64,000 bases of DNA, taken from an uncultured delta proteobacterium. Its GTDB lineage: Bacteria; Desulfobacterota; Desulfomonilia; UBA1062. The stretch is from NCBI GenBank assembly GCA_963798485.1, contig CAWCTR010000005.1:70718-134717 (forward strand). The letters run 5' to 3'. This document shows positions 28,122 through 37,743 of the stretch, one piece after another; position 1 is the first letter of the stretch, and every line of letters begins with the position of its first letter. The notes below the pieces were generated by a model. That model ran no database searches, was not told where the DNA came from, and saw nothing but the letters and a program-made list of their open reading frames with translations. The translations under genes and the position numbers were made by a program.

Positions 28122-31100
28122 TCAGAATCCATGAACTTCTACCGGAGTAAGGCGGTTTGTGGTTGACGTGTCTCCGAGCTGGCCCCAGGCATTCCACCCC
28201 CACGTCCAGATAGTACCATTGCGCTTCAGAGCGATGCCGTGATCCTGACCGGCTGAGATCTCAATCACATTCGTGAGGCACGAGACCTGAACCGGAGAGA
28301 GTCGGTTGGTGGTTGTTCCATCACCGAGTTCACCATTACTATTATATCCCCAAGCATATACGGTGCCGTCACCCTTGAGGGCATATGTAGATTGCCCTCC
28401 AGCGGCAATAGCGACAATATTGGTGAGCCCTGTTACCTGGACCGGGGTCAAGCTATTCGTGGTATTCCCAATCCCGAGCTGGCCATAGTTATTACTTCCC
28501 CATGTATAGACAGTGCCGTCAGACCTCAGGGCTGCATTATGGCAGTCGAAAAGTGAACCTCCGGCTGCGATGGCGACGATATTTGTCAGGCCTGATACAT
28601 GGATCGGGGTAGAGCTATTATTGGTATTTCCAATCCCGAGCTGGCCATAGGTATTGCTTCCCCATGTATAGACAGTGCCGTCATTCTTCAAAGCCATTGA
28701 ATCAAAGAATCCAGCGGAGATGCTTACAACATGTGACAGACCTGATACCGTGACCGGAGTAGAGCTATTCGTGGTATTCCCGTTCCCGAGCTCTCCGTAC
28801 TGATTATCGCCCCAGGCATAGACAAAACCGTCTTCTATATACAGGGCAAGCGTATGATATAACCCAGCGGAAACACTTATTATCCCGTCAATGCCTGGTA
28901 CCTGACCCGCTCCAGTTGCAGAACTATCGGTTGTCCAATTTCCGAGCTGGCCTTCCAAATTATTGCCCCAGGTATAAACATTACCGTCACTCGACAGGGC
29001 AACACTATGAGAATACCCTCCAGATATACTGGAGAGGCCAGATAGAATGGTTGGAAACTCACCGGCTGTCATAACCTCAACCGGTATATAGCTATCGGTG
29101 ATTGAATTATTCCCGAGTTGACCATCGGTGTTATATCCCCATGACCAGGCATTACCGGCGCTTGTCACTGTGAGGCTATGACCAGCTCCTGCAGATAGAG
29201 AATGAATGAGTTGATTTTGAGTTACCGTAATATATCCTAATCGTATTAACGTGGACGATCCGCACGAGTTCATTGCAATGAGCTTCACCCTGTAGGTCCC
29301 GGCCGAGGTGTAGGTGTGGCTCGGGTTCTGGAGTGTGCTCGTGCCCCCGTCCCCGAAGTCCCACGACCAGGACGTAGCTCCGGTGGATGAGTACGTAAAG
29401 TTCACGGGCAGCGGTGCAGGCCCGCTCGTGGGCGAGCCCGTAAAGCAGGGGGACGGCAGTGCGCAGACAGAGATGTAGTTTGTCTTGGTCATTGCATTCG
29501 ATCCGCCTAAGTTCGTGGCGGTGAGCTTCACGGTGTAGGTCCCGGCCGAAGCGTAGGTGTGGCTCGGGTTCTGGACCGTGCTGGTATAGCCGTCACCGAA
29601 GTCCCACGACCAGGAGGTGGGAGACCCGGTAGAAGTGTCGGTGAAGGTCACGTTCAGAGGTGCCGTCCCGCTTGTCGGGTTTGCCGTGAAGTTGGTGACC
29701 GGAAGTGCGCAGACAGAGATGTAGTTTGTCCTTGTGCCTATGACCGACCCGCATGAGTTCGTTGCAGTCAGCTTCACTGTGTAGGTGCCTGCCGAGGTGT
29801 AGGTGTGGCTCGGGTTCTGGAGTGTACTGGTCCCGCCGTCCCCGAAGTCCCACGACCAGGCAGTTGGTGAGCCGGTGGTCTGGTCGGTGAAGTTCACCGT
29901 GAGCGGTGCCGGACCGCTCGTCTTGTCTGCTGTAAAGTTGGTGACCGGAAGTGCGCAGACAGAGATGTAGTTTGTCCTTGTGCCTATGACCGACCCGCAT
30001 GAGTTCGTTGCAGTCAGCTTCACCGTGTATGTGCCTGCCGAGGTGTAGGTGTGGCTCGGATTCTGGAGCGTGCCGGTCCCGCCGTCCCCGAAGTCCCATG
30101 ACCAGGCAGTTGGTGAGCCGGTGGTCTGATCCGTGAAGTTCACGGTCAGCGGTGCAGGACCGCTTGTGGGCGATCCCGTGAAGTTGGTGACGGGTAGGCC
30201 GCAGACTATTATGGTGCCTGTCTTTATATTCAACCCGCAGGAGTTTATTGCGGTGAGGGTCACGGTGTAGATCCCTGCTGTATTATAGGTGTGGCTCGGG
30301 TTCTGGAGCGTGCTGGTTCCACCGTCCGCGAAGTCCCATATATAAGAGGTGGCTCCAGTGGACGTGTTCGTGAAGGTCACGGCCAGCGGTGCAGGCCCGC
30401 TCGTCTTATCTGTCGTAAAGTTTGCAATCGGCAGTGCGCAGACAGAGATGTAGCTCGGCCTCGTGCCTATGACCGATCCGCACGAGTTCGTTGCAGTGAG
30501 CTTCACGGTGTAAGTCCCTGCTGCGGTATAGGTATGGCTTGGGTTCTGGAGTGTGCTCGTCCCTCCGTCCCCGAAGTCCCACGACCAGGCCGTGGGTGAG
30601 CCGGTGGTCTGGTCGGTGAAGTTCACGGTCAGCGGTGCAGGACCGCTCGTAGGCGATCCCGTGAAGTTGGTGACCGGCAGGGCGCAGACAGAGATGTAGC
30701 TTGACCTTGTCATTGTATTCGGACCGCATGAGTTCGTGGCGGTGAGCTTCACGGTGTAGGTGCCTGGAGAGGTGTAGATGTGGCTTGGGTTCTGGAGCGT
30801 GCTCGTCCCTCCGTCCCCGAAGTCCCACGACCAGGTAGTGGGCGAGCCGGTGGTCTGGTCGGTGAAGATTACGGACAGGGGTGCCGGACCGCTTGTAGGT
30901 GACCCTGTGAAGTTGGTGACCGGCAGTGCGCAGACAGAGATGTAGCTCGGCCTCGTGCCTATGACCGAACCGCAGGAGTTTGTTGCAGTGAGCTTCACGG
31001 TGTAAGTCCCTGCTGCGGTATAGGTATGGCTTGGGTTCTGGAGCGTGCTGGTCCCTCCGTCCCCGAAGTCCCACGACCAGGCAGTGGGTGAGCCGGTGGT

Positions 31101-33206
31101 CTGGTCGGAGAAGTTCACGGTCAGCGGTGCAGGACCGCTCGTGGGCGATCCCGTGAAGTTGGTGACCGGCAGGGCGCAGACAGAGATGTAGCTTGACCTT
31201 GTCATTGTATTCGGACCGCATGAGTTCGTGGCGGTGAGCGTTACGGTGTAAGTCCCTGCTGCGTTATAGGTATGGCTTGGGTTCTGGAGCGTGCTCATCC
31301 CTCCGTCCCCGAAGTCCCACGACCAGGCCGTAGCACCGGTAGATGTGTTCGTAAAGGTCACGGTGAGTGGTGCAGGACCGCTCGTGGGCGCGCCCGTGAA
31401 GCCCGCAACCGGCAGTGCGCAGACAGAGATGTAGTTTGTCCTCGTGCCTATGACCGATCCGCATGAGTTCGTGGCAGTGAGCTTCACGGTGTAGGTGCCT
31501 GGCGAGGTGTAGATGTGGCTTGGGTTCTGTGCAGTGCTTGTCTGGTCGTCACCAAAATCCCATAACCATGAGGCGGCGCCGGTGGATGTGTTCGTGAAGG
31601 TTACTGTCAGCGGTACCGGCCCGCTTGTCGGGCTTGCCGTGAAGTTTGCGGTGACCGGTGTGCATGCCGTGACGGAGTATGTCTTGGAGTTCGATCCGCA
31701 GTGACCCGAGGCGGTGAGCGTCACCGAGTAGGTGGCTGCGGTGGTATATATATGATTGCCCGGGTTCTGTGCCGTGCTTGTCTGGCCATCCCCGAAGTTC
31801 CATGACCAGGACGTGATGGTGCCGGTGGAGGTGTCTGCGAAATTAACAGTCAGGGGGATATTCCCCTTGTTGGGTGTTGCCGTGAAGTTGGCGGTGATCG
31901 GGGTGCATACCGTTATCGTACTGGTCTTCGTGCTTGATATGCCGCAGGCATTGATTGCGGTGAGCGTTACCGTGTAAGTGGCTGCGGTGGTGTATTGATG
32001 CGTCGGGTTCTGGGTCGTACTTGTCGCACCGTCCCCGAAGTTCCACGACCAGGAGGAGGGAGACCCGGTAGATGAATCGGTAAATTGCACAGTTAATGGC
32101 GCATTCCCGCTTGCCGGGTTGGCCGTGAAATTTGACGTGACCGGAGTGCATGCCGTGACAGAGTATGTCCTGGAGTTCGATCCGCTGGGGCCCGAGGCGG
32201 TGAGTGTCACTGAGTAAGTGGCTGAGGTGGTGTATTGATGCGTTGGGTTCTGGGTCGTACTTGTCCCCCCGTCACCGAATGTCCATGCCCAGGACGTGAT
32301 GGTCCCGGTGGAGGTGTCAGCGAAATTAACAGTCAGGGGGATATTTCCCTTGTTGGGTGTTGCCGTGAAGCTGGCGGTGATCGGATTGGGGGCTGGGTTG
32401 ATGGTTATGGTCACCGTGGCGGTTGCAGGGTTGCCGAAGATATCGATCACCTTGTAGACAAAGCTGTCTCTGCTCCCGTCTTTCGTGTTCGTGTAGCTGA
32501 AGCTGCCGTCGGCATTGAGGGTGAGGGTCCCAAGACTCGGCCCCGAGACCGGGGTCGTATCCACCTTGAGGGGGTACCCGTCAGGGTCGGAGTCATTGGC
32601 CAGAACGCTTGCGGCACCCGAATCCAATACCGTAACGGTCTTGCCCCGGGTGACGGTAGCCGTGTCGTTGACTGCATTCGGGGCCCTGTTCTCCTCGGCT
32701 GAAACCACCGAGACAACCCCGAGATCCGTTGTCTGGCCTCCCATGACCGTTATGCCTGACTTGGTCCCCGCAAGGATCGTCTTTCCATTAGCGTTCTTGA
32801 GATTGATGATGAGAGACCTGTTCGATCCTTCTTTTACTCCCGTGATTGTTCCTTCGCCCACGTTGCAGTCCCAGGGGCCGCCGCTGGCTATCTTGGTCTG
32901 GGTTTCATCGAGAACCTGCACATCAACCTGGGTGATACCGTATTCACTACAGGGGACAGTGGCCGCCGATGCCCCCCTGGGCAGGAGATCCGATGAACCG
33001 CTTGAAGGAGGAAGCCTGAGGGTAAAGGTAATGGAGCCGTTGTTCTTATCAGAAGTAGCATCCGAACTGCTGCACGAGGATAGGCACAGGGCGATGCACA
33101 GGAGTAAAGCGGGAGTCAGATAAAGCAGGATTCGTGTCTTTGAATGATATTCCCTTTCAACATCCGATACTTGACCGATTGTATGGTGACAGTCCCTGTT
33201 CGCCAT
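28122..33206 (-). CDS. Giant surface lipoprotein: Ig-like domains + 13 PKD repeats + RCC1-repeat propeller
   Basis: Lipobox LSSC; NRAPNAVND..VLANDSDPDG; 13 units containing W.FGDG-type motif; about 7 repeats of W.WG.N..GQLG. Confidence 0.9.
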   Translation of the reverse strand: MANRDCHHTIGQVSDVEREYHSKTRILLYLTPALLLCIALCLSSCSSSDATSDKNNGSITFTLRLPPSSGSSDLLPRGASAATVPCSEYGITQVDVQVLDETQTKIASGGPWDCNVGEGTITGVKEGSNRSLIINLKNANGKTILAGTKSGITVMGGQTTDLGVVSVVSAEENRAPNAVNDTATVTRGKTVTVLDSGAASVLANDSDPDGYPLKVDTTPVSGPSLGTLTLNADGSFSYTNTKDGSRDSFVYKVIDIFGNPATATVTITINPAPNPITASFTATPNKGNIPLTVNFADTSTGTITSWAWTFGDGGTSTTQNPTHQYTTSATYSVTLTASGPSGSNSRTYSVTACTPVTSNFTANPASGNAPLTVQFTDSSTGSPSSWSWNFGDGATSTTQNPTHQYTTAATYTVTLTAINACGISSTKTSTITVCTPITANFTATPNKGNIPLTVNFADTSTGTITSWSWNFGDGQTSTAQNPGNHIYTTAATYSVTLTASGHCGSNSKTYSVTACTPVTANFTASPTSGPVPLTVTFTNTSTGAASWLWDFGDDQTSTAQNPSHIYTSPGTYTVKLTATNSCGSVIGTRTNYISVCALPVAGFTGAPTSGPAPLTVTFTNTSTGATAWSWDFGDGGMSTLQNPSHTYNAAGTYTVTLTATNSCGPNTMTRSSYISVCALPVTNFTGSPTSGPAPLTVNFSDQTTGSPTAWSWDFGDGGTSTLQNPSHTYTAAGTYTVKLTATNSCGSVIGTRPSYISVCALPVTNFTGSPTSGPAPLSVIFTDQTTGSPTTWSWDFGDGGTSTLQNPSHIYTSPGTYTVKLTATNSCGPNTMTRSSYISVCALPVTNFTGSPTSGPAPLTVNFTDQTTGSPTAWSWDFGDGGTSTLQNPSHTYTAAGTYTVKLTATNSCGSVIGTRPSYISVCALPIANFTTDKTSGPAPLAVTFTNTSTGATSYIWDFADGGTSTLQNPSHTYNTAGIYTVTLTAINSCGLNIKTGTIIVCGLPVTNFTGSPTSGPAPLTVNFTDQTTGSPTAWSWDFGDGGTGTLQNPSHTYTSAGTYTVKLTATNSCGSVIGTRTNYISVCALPVTNFTADKTSGPAPLTVNFTDQTTGSPTAWSWDFGDGGTSTLQNPSHTYTSAGTYTVKLTATNSCGSVIGTRTNYISVCALPVTNFTANPTSGTAPLNVTFTDTSTGSPTSWSWDFGDGYTSTVQNPSHTYASAGTYTVKLTATNLGGSNAMTKTNYISVCALPSPCFTGSPTSGPAPLPVNFTYSSTGATSWSWDFGDGGTSTLQNPSHTYTSAGTYRVKLIAMNSCGSSTLIRLGYITVTQNQLIHSLSAGAGHSLTVTSAGNAWSWGYNTDGQLGNNSITDSYIPVEVMTAGEFPTILSGLSSISGGYSHSVALSSDGNVYTWGNNLEGQLGNWTTDSSATGAGQVPGIDGIISVSAGLYHTLALYIEDGFVYAWGDNQYGELGNGNTTNSSTPVTVSGLSHVVSISAGFFDSMALKNDGTVYTWGSNTYGQLGIGNTNNSSTPIHVSGLTNIVAIAAGGSLFDCHNAALRSDGTVYTWGSNNYGQLGIGNTTNSLTPVQVTGLTNIVAIAAGGQSTYALKGDGTVYAWGYNSNGELGDGTTTNRLSPVQVSCLTNVIEISAGQDHGIALKRNGTIWTWGWNAWGQLGDTSTTNRLTPVEVHGF
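29225..32384 (-). repeat. Coding tandem repeat, 13 units of about 246 nt
   Basis: Near-identical blocks recur at 246-nt (29731/29977) and 492-nt (30709/31201) spacing. Confidence 0.9.
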
Positions 33207-33229
33207 GGCTCTTCCCCCCAGGTGATTTC

Positions 33230-34150
33230 TTACCATTTCACTTTTACGTCGCCGGCCCCACTCCGCTCTATCACGCCCGGATTGTCCGACTCTTTCGCGA
33301 CAACACTCTTGGTGGGGGAGGCCGTTGTGGATGTAGAGTTTTCAAGGGTCCTCAGCATGACCTGGCTCCTCTTAGGTCCGGTGACAAGGCTGAGGCTCTT
33401 CAGCTCGTTGAGCGCATCCTGTGCCGGTTGCATCTGCGGATCTTGCTGAAGGGCATTCTGATAATAGTCTCCTGCTTTGGAATAATCACCCTTATCACTG
33501 CTGTCCATGCCGTTGACAAAGTTCATAAACGCAACGAGGTTGGTGGTGAAAGGCTTTTGCAGCTTGGCCCTTTGCTCCGGGGTGAGCTCGATCTTCAAGA
33601 GGTCGATGATCTCGAAGAGGATCTTTTTTTCAAGGTTGAATATATCCGCCAGCTTTCCTTCGGCATCGGGCTGCCCAAGGACATGCCCGTCCTTTACCCC
33701 GAGGAGGCTGGACCTGACCTCCAACTCAGCGGCACTTGCGGGGAGGATGTCTCCCCCCACCAGATAACTTGCCCCCAGCAGCCTGCCGACCCGGGGGGCT
33801 GAGTCTTTACCCACCAGGCCCGAGGTGCCGAGGTTCAGCTCTTCCACCAGTGCCTGGATCTTCACCCGTTCAACGAGCTGGATCTTCTCAAGCTGTGACA
33901 GGTCGGTCATGAGCAGGAATGCAAAACCTTTCTGCAGGGGGTCGAGGGTGTCCTTGCCCGTTGTGTTGCGGAAGTACAGGACGGCCACGGTGTTCGGCGT
34001 ATAGACCGGCTCCCGTGACTTCTCCTGCTCTATGGCCTGCTGAGCCCAGGCCTTGTCGCCCTTGGTGACTACCTGGCCGGCTTGCGTCAGGGGACTTTGC
34101 AGCATGAATAAAGAGATGAACCCGAGAATGAGCACTGTTGACTTCTTCAT
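33230..34150 (-). CDS. Exported CsgG/HfaB-like protein with C-terminal TPR
   Basis: Signal peptide; VAVLYF, LVERVKIQALVEELNLGTSGL..VGRLLGA; TPR AGDYYQNALQQDP. Confidence 0.82.
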   Translation of the reverse strand: MKKSTVLILGFISLFMLQSPLTQAGQVVTKGDKAWAQQAIEQEKSREPVYTPNTVAVLYFRNTTGKDTLDPLQKGFAFLLMTDLSQLEKIQLVERVKIQALVEELNLGTSGLVGKDSAPRVGRLLGASYLVGGDILPASAAELEVRSSLLGVKDGHVLGQPDAEGKLADIFNLEKKILFEIIDLLKIELTPEQRAKLQKPFTTNLVAFMNFVNGMDSSDKGDYSKAGDYYQNALQQDPQMQPAQDALNELKSLSLVTGPKRSQVMLRTLENSTSTTASPTKSVVAKESDNPGVIERSGAGDVKVKW

Positions 34151-34454
34151 ATTCAATATACCCTCATTCATGAAGTATGGACCGCATCAGGGTATCAACC
34201 TGCAAGTATCGTTTATAAAGTAAATATGGTCTTACAAATTAAAGGATCGTGGATGATCAGCTTTAATTACTTTATATCATTTATAGTAATTGAATATGAA
34301 TCTATAACATAACATAATACAAGGTCACTTTGCAACTAAAAAAGCACTGAATCTGAAATCCGGGGACACCATAGTGGTTTCGAAGGTGAGATATGGAGAG
34401 GTTATCCAGCCACCTCCCCAGCGTTACTAAGTCGAATGCGGGCACTCTCCTTAG

Positions 34455-35192
34455 TCAGTCTATGCTCTCCATATTTATCAGGTACTTTGCCACAATCGTG
34501 TTAACGGAACAGGCGGTTTTTTCGCCCTTCAGATGGGATCGCAGGGCATCAAGGTCGGACTTCCAGGCGAGGTCGCCGGGGGCAAGGAACCCGATGCTCC
34601 CCGCAACATGATCCGATGAAATGGCATTGTCTTTGTAGTAGTAATGCTTCTCGCATACCTCAGTGGCATAATCGCGCATGTATGGCGGTATGTCTGTGGG
34701 CCTGAACCACAGCTTGATCTCCCGCTCGGCATCGGTGGGGTTGGCTGAGGCATGGATAAGGTTATCCACCCTGTTGCCGATGAATTTGCCTGCCTCATCC
34801 GTCACCGGCACCACTGTGCCCAGTGCGCGGATGCATCCGGGCTTCTGTATGCGCGCATCATGGGCGTTTGTGGGCCCTGCGATGTCACGTATCTTTTTGA
34901 TTGCGTTCGGACCCTGGTAGACAAAGGCGATGACCCTGCGCTTGACGGGCTCGTCAGGATAATGGAGCCGCCCGGTTATATACTCCAGCAAAGAGGGGTA
35001 GAAGAATTTTCCCTGGTGTTCCTCGTAATGTTCCTCGGCAAGGAGATTGCTGACGGATACGATCTTTGTCCCGGCGAAACGCAAGCCGGTGTGAAATTCC
35101 GAGAGCATGGAAAGGATATACCCTGTCAGTGAATTCTTCAGGGCATCGGGCTTAATGAGTACCAGTGTGCTTTCGCGACCTTCTCTTATCAT
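34455..35192 (-). CDS. ndk: Nucleoside diphosphate kinase with C-terminal extension
   Basis: TLVLIKPDA, HYEEH.GK.FY, GPT, PGCIR, NLIHAS..AEREIKLWF. Confidence 0.88.
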   Translation of the reverse strand: MIREGRESTLVLIKPDALKNSLTGYILSMLSEFHTGLRFAGTKIVSVSNLLAEEHYEEHQGKFFYPSLLEYITGRLHYPDEPVKRRVIAFVYQGPNAIKKIRDIAGPTNAHDARIQKPGCIRALGTVVPVTDEAGKFIGNRVDNLIHASANPTDAEREIKLWFRPTDIPPYMRDYATEVCEKHYYYKDNAISSDHVAGSIGFLAPGDLAWKSDLDALRSHLKGEKTACSVNTIVAKYLINMESID

Positions 35193-35297
35193 CGGGGGGG
35201 ATCTCCTTGCCTTGTTGTAATCTCAGCGTCATGCCGTATGATTCCTTGGGTTGATACAGGCATCCTCTTTGTCGTGTCAAGCGAAACGTGAGTACAT

Positions 35298-36503
35298 TTA
35301 CTCCTTCCGGAAGAGACCGGCAGCCCATTCAAAGAACACCTGGTGGAACTGCTGGGTGGCCCCTGCCAGGCAGTGCTCACCGGCACCGTCGGCGTCCAGG
35401 AACAAATGCTCGTGAAGGCTCCGGGCGTTCTTTATGTGCTGCTTGAATCGCCTGGCCTCACTGTTCGGGATGAGGTGATCTTTGTCCGAAGACATAATGA
35501 GCACATCACAGGTGATCTTGTCCGCCACCTCTGTGAGGCTGTACAGGTCGGTCTTTTCAAGGAGATCGAACGGCGTGTCCGCACCGATTGTCCAGCAACC
35601 GTTGTTCAGCGCCCATCGTTTGCCGATGTCGTGTGATGCCTTGAAGGCCGCAAACCTGTTGAACATGTCTTTGAATTTGAGCCGGTAGATGAATCTCCCC
35701 ATGGCCGGGATCTGTGCAAGGGCCGCGTCCTTCATGTTGAAGAACCCGCCTAATCCTGCTGCCGCATGGATGCGTTTCTCAAGGGCTGCAGCCCTCAGCG
35801 CCAGCATGGCGCCCATACTGATGCCCAGGAGGACCTTCTTTCGCCCCGTAAGCTCCTCTGCGTCCCACTGCATATAATCCAGCAACGTGGTAACCGGTTT
35901 TTCCCACATGTGGGTGAACTTCATGTCGTATTCACGGATCATGTTCGACTGGCCCGGGCCCTCGAAAATGACACAAGGGTAACCCCTCTCCCTCGCTGCG
36001 CCCGCAACCCAGAAAAAGAGCTCTTCAAGGGTGGAGTCATATCCGCCGCAGGCAACGATGAGGGGTTTGTCCGCATCTCCAGGAAAATAAAAGGCCCTCA
36101 TGGAGGCCCGCTCATAGGGTATCTTCCAGATCTTGTGAGGTATGCTCAGGACCTGCAGCGCCCTGATAAAGGTGTTCGCGCTCTCGCGATAGACGGCCGG
36201 CCGCCTGGGGTCCGAGGGATGCAGGAAGAACTCGCTAGTGCGGAAGTAGTTTGATGCACGCAAAAGCGCGTTGCCCCGGCCGATGGTATCGCCTGATGCT
36301 GAGGCCATCTTTTCACATTTCCGGCCGGATTCATGCCAGGACTCATACCAGCTCTCGGGATCCGCATTACGGATAGAGTTGATCGAGGCCAGGCACTCGC
36401 CGGGGTTGGCCCCGGAGGCCGCAGAGTGGCCAAGGGTACGCAAGGTCTGGTAGTGGAATGCCTGGGAAGCGAAAAACCGTTTGTTCGATTTCTTGCTCTG
36501 CAT
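35298..36503 (-). CDS. Alpha/beta hydrolase (FrsA/S9-like)
   Basis: RASNYFR..EFF, GGYDS, EGPGQ, GISMG, EHC. Confidence 0.85.
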   Translation of the reverse strand: MQSKKSNKRFFASQAFHYQTLRTLGHSAASGANPGECLASINSIRNADPESWYESWHESGRKCEKMASASGDTIGRGNALLRASNYFRTSEFFLHPSDPRRPAVYRESANTFIRALQVLSIPHKIWKIPYERASMRAFYFPGDADKPLIVACGGYDSTLEELFFWVAGAARERGYPCVIFEGPGQSNMIREYDMKFTHMWEKPVTTLLDYMQWDAEELTGRKKVLLGISMGAMLALRAAALEKRIHAAAGLGGFFNMKDAALAQIPAMGRFIYRLKFKDMFNRFAAFKASHDIGKRWALNNGCWTIGADTPFDLLEKTDLYSLTEVADKITCDVLIMSSDKDHLIPNSEARRFKQHIKNARSLHEHLFLDADGAGEHCLAGATQQFHQVFFEWAAGLFRKE

Positions 36504-36641
36504 GGAACCTCCCTAAGTGTTTTCAAAAAAACCCAAATGTTATTTTGAATAGTATAATGTACCCGATTATTTTTCAAACAGCTTTTCAAAAAAAAGTGAG
36601 AACAATTGGCTGGGAAGCGGCAAAGAGGAATGGAGGTGCTC

Positions 36642-37547
36642 TTAATGCCCCAGCTGATCGTCCTTGTGCCGTTCGATGAGGTCGTCCTTTTCCTGCCAGA
36701 GGTCGCAGACCCAGGACTGGATGCGGCCCCTGAACGCTTCATCGTTCTGATAGTCACCGCCGAGAAATTCCTGGGGCACGGGCATTTTTTTAACCTTCAC
36801 GCTGATCTTCTCGATGCGTCCGCACAGATAGTCCCAGAAGGAGTCCGGCCTTTGGGAGTAGATAATGGTGACATCCAGGATATTCGAAATCTTCCCGTCC
36901 ATAGCAGCCAGGGCAAAGGCAAACCCGCCCGCCTTTGGCCGGAGCAGATGCCGGTAAGGAGACTCCTGTCGGGCGTGGTTTTCCTTGGTGAACCTGGTCC
37001 CTTCGATGAAGTTCAGAATAGAGACCGGGGTGTGACGGTAGCGCTCGCATGCCTTCTTTGTGGTTTCAAAGTCCTTGCCCTTCATGTGTGGATTCTTCTT
37101 AAGATACTCCTTGGAGAACCGTTCCATGAAGGGGTAGTCCAGAGCCCACCAGGCGGTGCCCATGACCGGTACCTTGAAGAGCTCCTTTTTCAGGAAGAAC
37201 TTTAAGAACGGGACATATCCATGGAAGGTGAAGAACAGCACCAGGATATCGGCCCATGACTGGTGGTTGCAGTTGATGAAGTACCACTGCTTTTTACTGA
37301 GCCCGGTAAGGCCCTCGATGTTATAGACCGTAGCCTGGGTTGCCCTGATAATCTTGTTGATCCCTGTGATCCAGCCATTGCCGAAGAACATGATCGCACG
37401 GGCACAGGCACGCTGCCAGGCGTCTTTGTGGATAAGCAGCTTGGTCAGGGCAAGTATGTGTATGGGCGTGGCCCAAAAGAGGGTATTCATGATAATAAGC
37501 GAGATGGCGATGACCCCTCGCAGGGTGGGTGGAAGTTTGGATATCAT
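36642..37547 (-). CDS. PlsC-family acyltransferase (YihG-like)
   Basis: NHQSWADI, KFFLKKEL, WWALDYPFM, EGTRF, LRPKAGG. Confidence 0.92.
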   Translation of the reverse strand: MISKLPPTLRGVIAISLIIMNTLFWATPIHILALTKLLIHKDAWQRACARAIMFFGNGWITGINKIIRATQATVYNIEGLTGLSKKQWYFINCNHQSWADILVLFFTFHGYVPFLKFFLKKELFKVPVMGTAWWALDYPFMERFSKEYLKKNPHMKGKDFETTKKACERYRHTPVSILNFIEGTRFTKENHARQESPYRHLLRPKAGGFAFALAAMDGKISNILDVTIIYSQRPDSFWDYLCGRIEKISVKVKKMPVPQEFLGGDYQNDEAFRGRIQSWVCDLWQEKDDLIERHKDDQLGH

Positions 37548-37743
37548 AACCAAAACCTCATAAGATGCCGGGGTGTATTGAGGCCAAGGGCCGTAACAGG
37601 GTAGCATCCTTCAATGATTATCCCTGACACGCTTTTGACCTAGGGGAGACCTTATGCCTCTTTCTGATGAATTGCAACCAGGTCGAGCCCACAACCGGCC
37701 GGTTTTACCGTTTTTTAACATCTTGACGGATGCTGAACTTGTA

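Noticed and set aside
29225-32384. PKD repeats as a DGR template/variable pair or non-coding array
   Set aside because: All units are in frame, differences are not adenine-specific, and no reverse transcriptase is present
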